A DNA stretch of 64,000 nt, taken from contig CBDANF010000002.1 of assembly GCA_965197475.1 (NCBI GenBank), forward strand, positions 128,001-192,000, given 5' to 3'. Positions 20,190 to 27,686 of this stretch are shown here, in pieces (positions within the stretch are counted from its first letter, which is position 1; the number at the start of each line of letters is the position of its first letter). A program made the translations under genes and the position numbers. The stretch is from Candidatus Poribacteria bacterium. Lineage in GTDB: Bacteria > Poribacteria > WGA-4E > WGA-3G. The notes beneath the pieces are model-generated. The model made no database searches. It saw nothing but the letters and a program-made list of their open reading frames with translations, and was not told where the DNA came from.

Positions 20190-21587
20190 CTAAACCTGAA
20201 TCGGAGCAAACTGCCCCTCATTAGGTTCCGCTCAGCAGAACCATGCTTCTGTTATTCGTGGTGCGGATAGATGGTTACGGCACAACGGCGTGTGCCTACT
20301 ACCATGCATATCGGCAGCAAGTTCCCATATCTGGTAAAAAGTATCCAACGTATCAACACCGATTCGCGCGTCATTTTCTACAAGAACATTGACTGTTTTA
20401 TGAAGTTCATCCATCCGTGCGTCGGGATGCCTCCAAATATAACTAAAGGCGGTATCATCAAGGGTGAGGGAAAGTTCTTTCGTTTCGGAACGGTTAAGTA
20501 TATATGAACCGGGCGGAATTAGCAACCGAACAGCATACTGCACAGGATCAACATGATAAATGAGGCGATGTGTATCAACGAATTCAAGGATTTCAAGATA
20601 ATCGTCTAAGGTTGTCCACGGTGTAAACGGCACCCAGGTAGGACGTAGTGCGATGCCAGCACCGTGAACGATCTCAAGTGCGGTTTCAACATCCGCGCGA
20701 GTGTGATGTTTTTCCAAAATCGTTAACACCGCCCCGCTCAATGATTCCACAGCAGAGATGATAAACCGGCATCCAAGTTCAGCAAATTCAGCAAAGTGTT
20801 TCCTGTGTTTAAGAATATGCTCAATCTTAGTTGTAAAGTCAAAAGTAAGATCAGGAAAAACTTCGTGCATTGTGCGGAGAATGCGGAGTCCGTGCATCGG
20901 TCCGTTAAGAAAATCTGGGTCGCCGAACGTGATATGCGTTGCACCTTCTGCTACCTGTTTCTGAATTTCATCTAACACCGTTTCTCGTTGGACAGCAAAA
21001 AACTTTCCGTTATAGACTGGCGGAATAGGACAGTGTGTGCAAAGATGCTTACATCCGTGCGTTGTCTCTGTATACCCGACGGTTCGCACTTCACTGTTAT
21101 CTTCAAATTTTGCGTATTTTTCTAATGGGACTAATTTTCCAACAGGTAAACCGATTCGGTGTGACTCAGATTGTTTTTCTTCTATAAGGGATTGCACTAA
21201 CTTTACAAGTTGTCTTGAGGCTTCGCCACCGATGCAAAAATCAACCCCATGTGAAAACAGATACTCTGCATTAAGTTCCGCGTAAAGTCCATACATGCAA
21301 ATTGAGACATCGGGATTGAGATCGCGAATTCGTTGGAGAAGGTGAACACCGAGTCGTAAGGCAGTATGCATCGGAACAGAGATACCGATAAACCGAGCAC
21401 GTTTGACTTTCTCGGCATCCAGCGGTTGGACAGCAATGTCAATCGCATCAGGGGAAAATCCGGCAGATTCAAGCGCACTAAGTGGGCGTGTAAGTCCCAT
21501 CGGTCGGTGCCCGAGTTCGTAGCAAGAGATTAAGAGGACTGCACCGGGGGCGTACATCGCTGAGGGGTTTCGTATTTCCGTTTCCAT
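20190..21587 (-). CDS. CUAEP-tail radical SAM selenoprotein (N-terminal B12-binding-like domain)
   Basis: CKHLCTHC (CxxxCxxC); TGA at 20234-20232 reads WFC-U-AEPNEGQFAPIQV to TAG at 20192-20190; hairpin follows the UGA. Confidence 0.88.
20193..20231 (-). promoter_or_regulatory. Putative bacterial SECIS element
   Basis: After UGA: AACCU...GGGGCA-GUU-UGCUCC...AGGUU stem-loop with G in the apical loop. Confidence 0.65.
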
Positions 21588-21655
21588 ACTGAATAGGATA
21601 GCACGCTATCACCGAATACGCAACAGTATTTAATGCTTTTCCCTAAGCAGGTGCT

Positions 21656-23104
21656 CTATAAATAAGGATAGGTGGCATCGGGTTGATAGTCCGGTAACAG
21701 AGCATTATGAGTTTGTCCTACTATGAGACTTTTGCCATCCGTAAAGCCTTCAGGTCGGTCACGGAGAAACTCAATCAGGCGATTTCGCCAAGGCGTTAAG
21801 CGAGTTTCAGCGTCGCTCTGGCTCGCCAAATCGTGTGTTTCATGCGGATCCTCCTGCAGATTGAAGAGATGTTCTCTGCCCGTTTGGGAATACCAGATGT
21901 ATTTGTGGTGTCCATCAGTCACATAGTGGTTGCCGTGCTTGTAATTGTAGCAACCGGAGTGCTCGCCGTGTAGACAGTCTCTCACCCGGTCAGTATCACC
22001 TCGCATGATGGGTAGTAGGCTTTTACCGGTGCAGGGACTGGGAATCTCAATATTTGCAGCGTCAAGAATAGTGGGCATGATGTCCTGCAAGCCTACGGGG
22101 CTTTGGCAGATGGTTTCTTTCGGATAACCCCATTTCGCTGGTGCGCGTATTAGAAAAGGCACTCGAGCAGAGGCTTCGTAAGGAAAGGTTTTTCGGAACA
22201 TGTTGTGATCGCCCAACATTTCACCGTGGTCGGAAGTGAAAATAAGGAGACAGTCATTCAACCCGCCGGCAGACTGGATCAGACGTCCGATCTGATCGTC
22301 AATGAAATTAATTATCCCATAATAGGCAGCGCGGGCACAGTGCATATCGTGACTGTCAAGGCTAATCTCCCAAGCATTTGGATTCAACCCCCTCTGAGTG
22401 CCCTCAAATTGAGGTGCCCAGTCGCCGACCACGGGTGGTGGAAGATCCCGCTGGATGTAGCGTTCGTAATAGTGTGCTGGTGGTGTCAGCGGTGGGTGCG
22501 GGTCTATAAAGGAGATGTTGAGGAAAAAGGGCACCGTCGGGTCGCGTTTCCGCAGAAAATTGAGGGCGCGGTCAATACACCAGAAGGTGTGCATCTGCTC
22601 TTCGGGTAAGTGATGCGGACGACCAACCCATCCGTTCGCAGAAACACCGTGTGCCATACCTGGTTCAAAGTCATTACGATGGTGGTATTGTTGCAACCAC
22701 TCGACGTAGTCGTTGTTTGCGGTTCCATGCGTAGCATCGGACAATTGGAGGTGATCAAAACCGTATCGCTTGCGCGGCGGCGACAGATGTAGTTTGCCGA
22801 TCATCTCGGTTTGATAACCGGCTGCGGATAATTCGCCAGCAAGGGTATAGGGCGGATTCCACTGTGCTCCTGTATATCCAACCATTCCGTTGGCAGCAGG
22901 TGCGGTACCGGTCATTATACCACGCCGGGCAGGAATACAACTCGGACATTCAGCGTACCCGCGGTGGAAGTGCGTGCCGCTACGACCGATCCAGTCCAAG
23001 TTCGGTGTTTGCAGACAGCTGGGACCGTCAGGATCCAGACCCAAACAGTCGCCACGTTGTTGGTCGGTGGTAATTAACACGATATTAGGACGAGTTTCAG
23101 ACAT
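21656..23104 (-). CDS. Arylsulfatase family protein
   Basis: PNIVLITTDQQR, CIPAR (CxPxR), GKLH, SDHGEMLGDH, LFNLQEDPHE. Confidence 0.93.
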   Translation of the reverse strand: MSETRPNIVLITTDQQRGDCLGLDPDGPSCLQTPNLDWIGRSGTHFHRGYAECPSCIPARRGIMTGTAPAANGMVGYTGAQWNPPYTLAGELSAAGYQTEMIGKLHLSPPRKRYGFDHLQLSDATHGTANNDYVEWLQQYHHRNDFEPGMAHGVSANGWVGRPHHLPEEQMHTFWCIDRALNFLRKRDPTVPFFLNISFIDPHPPLTPPAHYYERYIQRDLPPPVVGDWAPQFEGTQRGLNPNAWEISLDSHDMHCARAAYYGIINFIDDQIGRLIQSAGGLNDCLLIFTSDHGEMLGDHNMFRKTFPYEASARVPFLIRAPAKWGYPKETICQSPVGLQDIMPTILDAANIEIPSPCTGKSLLPIMRGDTDRVRDCLHGEHSGCYNYKHGNHYVTDGHHKYIWYSQTGREHLFNLQEDPHETHDLASQSDAETRLTPWRNRLIEFLRDRPEGFTDGKSLIVGQTHNALLPDYQPDATYPYL

Positions 23105-23341
23105 CTCAAACTCCATGTTGGGAAACGTCAAATTGTGGTTCAACGTTTGGTTAGGTTTTGTTAGACAATATAACATACATGTTGATGGATATCAAAGAAA
23201 TAATTCCTTAGAACAGAGTCATTCAAATGTTGTGTGATTAGAAACATAGGCACAACCTGTGACGATCTTATTTGAATAATAATGTCAATTTAGCATATCA
23301 TTTTCTATATTATGTACGCTAAAATAATAAAAAATAATTAT

Positions 23342-23371
23342 TTGACTTTTGGTGTCATTATGTTGTATAAT
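23342..23371 (+). promoter_or_regulatory. Sigma70-like promoter
   Basis: TTGACT-N18-TATAAT. Confidence 0.55.
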
Positions 23372-23568
23372 TAAATGTGATAAAAAGATATATATATAAG
23401 GTAATATCATAGATATATCTACTTTACAAAACGGAATCTGTGAATCTGTATATGTCGTTGAAATGTTGTTAATTAAACCTAAATGATATAATTTTCGTCA
23501 AATAGATAAAACATTATAAAGAATTTAAGTTAGTCGTTAACTACAAGAAACAGAGGTGAATACAAAAA

Positions 23569-24288
23569 ATGGCTAGAACTAAAGACCTTGCAATGATTCA
23601 CGGTTCAGCGTTTTACTTTGCCCATATCTCGCGCGATAAAAAGAAAATAGCTAATCACTTCGGTGTAACAGAACGGACCATAGAGCGATGGTCAAAAGAA
23701 CCTGAATGGGAACAAGCATTGAACGCCTGGGGATACGCCGGTGATAGATCTTTCACACCACCACCCCGTCGTGATATTGCATATAAGTCCAGAGATAGCT
23801 ATGAGAAGGCGAGAGCGATTTACATTGAAGCACTACAGGCAGGGGAACCAGACCACAAACTTGCTACGATCGCGGGGGAGGCAACTGGACTACCACCAGC
23901 AACAATTCGTAGGTGGGCTATGAAACACCGGTGGCGAGACTATTATTGGGATAGCAATGTATCAAACAGAGAGATTGAAACTTTTACAGGTGGTTCAGGT
24001 ACACCGTACGAGCTTGAGTGTTATAACATTTTATCAGAGTTTCCAGGTGTCGGAGCGGTCTATATATTCACAAAACGTTATGCTGCATCAGGAAAAAACA
24101 TTCATGAACCTTTGTACATCGGTCAAACACGATCATTGGAAGGCAGTTTTTATGACCCCAAAAAATTCGATTGCGTTAAGAAAAAAGGTGGGAATATTAT
24201 CTGCGTCCACCGTGAGAAAATTGAATTTTTGCGTCGTCAAAAAGAAAACGATCTGATTGCGGTACTCAACCCTATTTGTAATGAATAA
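23569..24288 (+). CDS. Putative DNA-binding protein: two HTH-like units plus a C-terminal GIY-YIG-like domain
   Basis: IANHFGVTERTIERW and ATGLPPATIRRW; GAVYIF...PLYIGQT...ENDLI..LNP. Confidence 0.65.
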   Translation: MARTKDLAMIHGSAFYFAHISRDKKKIANHFGVTERTIERWSKEPEWEQALNAWGYAGDRSFTPPPRRDIAYKSRDSYEKARAIYIEALQAGEPDHKLATIAGEATGLPPATIRRWAMKHRWRDYYWDSNVSNREIETFTGGSGTPYELECYNILSEFPGVGAVYIFTKRYAASGKNIHEPLYIGQTRSLEGSFYDPKKFDCVKKKGGNIICVHREKIEFLRRQKENDLIAVLNPICNE

Positions 24289-24453
24289 ATACCGCACACA
24301 CATATCACTCTGTTGAGGAGCATAATGTCAAGTATCGTTGCGAAAGTTCTAATTATGAGAAAACTTGTAATATTTTTTGTCGTAGTGTGGATGATCTTGA
24401 TAGCGGTTTTGCTTCAGGGTTGTGCACATGTAAATGAAAGGAGTACATCTAAA

Positions 24454-24747
24454 ATGAAAAACCTAAATATCTCAGTTCTACGTGACCGAAAAATCCCTAT
24501 CAGCCTCGTCCAATATCGCAACCTCTATGAGGATGACCCAACCCATGAACCCGATTGGAAACTTCTGTTTTTTGACGAGAAAGTTGGCTTTAACAACGGT
24601 AACATCGTCCTGGTTGCCCAAGATTTTTATCTTGTAGATGGCGACACGCTTATCCATATTTGTCCGGTATCTGACCAGCGAACCACAAATGAACGAATTA
24701 TACCATACCTACAATCTAAAATTGACCGTGAAACGTTGATAAAGTAA
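24454..24747 (+). CDS. Hypothetical 97-aa protein, copy 1 (possible in-frame lipoprotein leader from 24355)
   Basis: RBS GAAAGGAG; protein identical to 26091-26384. Confidence 0.75.
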   Translation: MKNLNISVLRDRKIPISLVQYRNLYEDDPTHEPDWKLLFFDEKVGFNNGNIVLVAQDFYLVDGDTLIHICPVSDQRTTNERIIPYLQSKIDRETLIK

Positions 24748-24775
24748 TTTTTTTCTATTATAACGCGAGTTCGGC

Positions 24776-24812
24776 AAACAACACTTTATTATGTCATAAT
24801 AAAGTGTTGTTT
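24776..24812. repeat. Perfect 17-bp palindrome (terminator or operator); copy at 26413-26449
   Basis: aaacaacactttattat-gtc-ataataaagtgttgttt. Confidence 0.8.
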
Positions 24813-24927
24813 TTATTGATAAGTTTCCTATAAAACCTTATTTTATCTCAAAAAAAAATAGATTTGACTTTCCTGAACAAAATGTAGTATAATATAGATA
24901 TACTACAAAATATGGAGGTACAAAGAA

Positions 24928-25662
24928 ATGAAACCTATAATTGGAATCCCAAAGTGTTATAAATTTGAGAATTACAAATACGCAGTTAAGAAACATGGTG
25001 GAGAGGTTATTATATTATACATCAGTGATGAAGTAGACATGACGAAACTCGACGGACTTTTACTCCCTGGTGGAGGTGATATTGCTCCAGAAAGATATCA
25101 TGAACCGCGCCATCCTAAAACGAAATATGTTAACGAGGAACGTGATGAATTCGAAATATCGCTTTTCAATGAGGCAATTGATAAAGATATTCCTGTCTTT
25201 GGTATTTGCCGTGGTATTCAGATTATGAATGTTGCAATGGGTGGAAGTTTGTATCAGGATATAGAAGATTTATACCCACGACCTGCATGCAAGCATGATG
25301 GGAAACCCGATGATGATTGGCATGAAATTGAATCTGGCAGTAAGTTAATGGATATTGTAAATGAAAGTACAGATAAAGTCAATTCTGCACACCATCAAGC
25401 AATAAAAGAGATTGGAAAAAGTTTAGTCAACACAGCACATAATCAGGCAATAGACGATATTGGCGAGGGATTGGTTGTCACTGCACAATCAGAAGATGGA
25501 ATTATAGAAGCTGTGGAATATCCATCACAGCAGTGGCGTATAGGCGTACAATATCACCCAGAGAGAATGTGGATAGATAAGAACTTACCTTTATGTCAAC
25601 GTGAATTTCTTGAGCATGCAAAAAGATTATTTGAAGCGTTTATCAGCGCTGCGTCGAGCTAA
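24928..25662 (+). CDS. Gamma-glutamyl-gamma-aminobutyrate hydrolase family (class I GATase, peptidase C26), copy 1
   Basis: DGLLLPGGGDI, GICRGIQ, VNSAHHQ, GVQYHPE; internal 16-aa duplication. Confidence 0.92.
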   Translation: MKPIIGIPKCYKFENYKYAVKKHGGEVIILYISDEVDMTKLDGLLLPGGGDIAPERYHEPRHPKTKYVNEERDEFEISLFNEAIDKDIPVFGICRGIQIMNVAMGGSLYQDIEDLYPRPACKHDGKPDDDWHEIESGSKLMDIVNESTDKVNSAHHQAIKEIGKSLVNTAHNQAIDDIGEGLVVTAQSEDGIIEAVEYPSQQWRIGVQYHPERMWIDKNLPLCQREFLEHAKRLFEAFISAASS

Positions 25663-25667
25663 GTGTT

Positions 25668-25785
25668 TTATAGGTCGGCTGTAGTGATTAACAGGATATT
25701 CGGACGGACATCAGACATCTCAAAACTCCATGTTGGGAAACATTAAACCGTGGTTCGACGTTTTGTTAACAACGTAACATGCATA
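25668..25785 (-). pseudogene. Diverged duplicate of the sulfatase 5' end and upstream region
   Basis: MSDVRPNILLITT (from 25718) versus MSETRPNIVLITT (from 23104); upstream DNA also aligns. Confidence 0.8.
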
Positions 25786-25915
25786 AAGTCGTTATTAATT
25801 TGCGTTTTATCTCTATTTCCATTCAAAAAACCCTATTTTCTGCTATTTATAGATAAAAATACTCAATTTAATTTGACTTTATAGAGTGTTTAATACTATA
25901 ATTATAATAGTAAGT

Positions 25916-26001
25916 GAAAAGGAGAGGCTGCCACCTCTCCTCCGAACCCTGTATTTACAAAACCACAATCAACCATAATTACGGTTTTTGCCTTAAGGTT
26001 T
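25916..26001 (-). ncRNA. Candidate small antisense RNA
   Basis: Minus-strand TTGACA-N17-TATAAT (26036-26008) and hairpin GGAGAGG-TGGCAG-CCTCTCC followed by TTTT. Confidence 0.45.
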
Positions 26002-26072
26002 TTCCTAATTATACCACCAAAACACCTTTTTGTCAAAAACCCATCTCATTGTTTCTGAAGATTCCACTAAAA

Positions 26073-26511
26073 GAAAGGAGTACATCTAAAATGAAAAACC
26101 TAAATATCTCAGTTCTACGTGACCGAAAAATCCCTATCAGCCTCGTCCAATATCGCAACCTCTATGAGGATGACCCAACCCATGAACCCGATTGGAAACT
26201 TCTGTTTTTTGACGAGAAAGTTGGCTTTAACAACGGTAACATCGTCCTGGTTGCCCAAGATTTTTATCTTGTAGATGGCGACACGCTTATCCATATTTGT
26301 CCGGTATCTGACCAGCGAACCACGAATGAACGAATTATACCATACCTACAATCTAAAATTGACCGTGAAACGTTGATAAAGTAATTTTTTTCTATTATAA
26401 CGCGAGTTCGGCAAACAACACTTTATTATGTCATAATAAAGTGTTGTTTTTATTGATAAGTTTCCTATAAAACCTTATTTTATCTCAAAAAAAAATAGAT
26501 TTGACTTTCCT
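26073..26511 (+). repeat. Near-identical direct repeat, copy 2
   Basis: Matches 24436-24874. Confidence 0.93.
26091..26384 (+). CDS. Hypothetical 97-aa protein, copy 2
   Basis: Protein identical to 24454-24747; same RBS. Confidence 0.75.
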   Translation: MKNLNISVLRDRKIPISLVQYRNLYEDDPTHEPDWKLLFFDEKVGFNNGNIVLVAQDFYLVDGDTLIHICPVSDQRTTNERIIPYLQSKIDRETLIK

Positions 26512-26567
26512 GAAGAAATGTAGTATAATATAGATATACTACAAAGTATGGAGGTACAAAGAAAGAA

Positions 26568-27281
26568 ATGAAGCCTATAATTGGAATTCCCACCAAAACA
26601 TATCAATCTGAAAATTATGAGAAAGCAATCACGGATCATGAAGGCGAAGTTGAAATATTACCAATCCATAACAACAAAGATAAGGTTAAGGAATTTATTG
26701 CTAAAATTGATGGTCTTCTGCTCCCTGGCGGTATAGATATTCATCCAGACTATTATCATGAAAAGAAACATCCTGAAACAAATTGTGATGATGACAAAGT
26801 TCGTGATCAATTCGAAAGATCACTATTTAAGGAGGCGATGGAAAAAGATATTCCTGTCTTTGGTATTTGCAGGGGCATCCAAATCATGAATATTGCAATG
26901 GGCGGGAGTCTGTACCAACATATCCCAGACCATATCCCAGAATTCCTTCCCCCACTATTTCCAGACTTTCCAATTCATAAAAAGTATAGAGCTGATACAC
27001 AGCATGACATTAAGATCACAGCTGGAAGTCGACTAAGCCAAATTACAGGTGAAAGTACCGCAGAGGTAAATTCAAGTCATCATCAAGCAGTGAAAGTGAT
27101 TGGTGATGAATTAGTGGTGACTGCACAATCAAAAGATGGTATCATTGAAGCAATAGAATATCGATCAGATCAGTTTGTTATAGGCGTGCAATACCATCCG
27201 GAACGGATGCTACAAGAGTCAGAGCTCCGAGAACATGCCAAAAAGTTATTTGAAGAATTTATCAAAGCTGCGTCAGGATAG
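26568..27281 (+). CDS. Gamma-glutamyl-gamma-aminobutyrate hydrolase family (peptidase C26), copy 2
   Basis: DGLLLPGG.DI, GICRGIQ, VNSSHHQ, GVQYHPE. Confidence 0.92.
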   Translation: MKPIIGIPTKTYQSENYEKAITDHEGEVEILPIHNNKDKVKEFIAKIDGLLLPGGIDIHPDYYHEKKHPETNCDDDKVRDQFERSLFKEAMEKDIPVFGICRGIQIMNIAMGGSLYQHIPDHIPEFLPPLFPDFPIHKKYRADTQHDIKITAGSRLSQITGESTAEVNSSHHQAVKVIGDELVVTAQSKDGIIEAIEYRSDQFVIGVQYHPERMLQESELREHAKKLFEEFIKAASG

Positions 27282-27447
27282 AGTATTTCTCATGTTCCAA
27301 ATTATGAAAAAGGTTCTAATATGCCTTAACGTGATTATGTCGCTGTAAGATGTTGATTATGGTTATATATTCTAAAATTATTCGCAACGTATTGAATATA
27401 ATATGTCAATTTAACATATCAATTAACTTTAGAATATACAAAAATAC

Positions 27448-27476
27448 TTGACAATATAATATTAATTGTGTATAAT
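27448..27476 (+). promoter_or_regulatory. Consensus sigma70 promoter; a second promoter TTGCAT-N17-TATAAT starts at about 27608
   Basis: TTGACA-N17-TATAAT. Confidence 0.65.
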
Positions 27477-27686
27477 TATAAAGGAGCGGTAAATGTAGAA
27501 ATTGAAAGCGATATAACATTAATTTTCAATGCTTATACGAGATAAAATTATGTCGGTATAGAATGTTATTTAAAAAATAAAAAGTTCATTAATAACGTTA
27601 AATAAATTTGCATTTCTATTTTATTCATGGTATAATATTTAGAAACAATTAATGTATGCATTTTACAGAAAGGAGAGAAACATAAC

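Larger units (their letters stand above)
24436..24874 (+). repeat. Near-identical direct repeat, copy 1 (partner 26073-26511)
   Basis: Offset 1637 bp; one synonymous difference seen (ACA/ACG); similarity continues more loosely into the GATase start. Confidence 0.93.

Noticed and set aside
25914-26090. 59-aa N-terminal extension of the 97-aa gene copy 2
   Set aside because: Crosses promoter and terminator signals; the strong RBS favours ATG 26091
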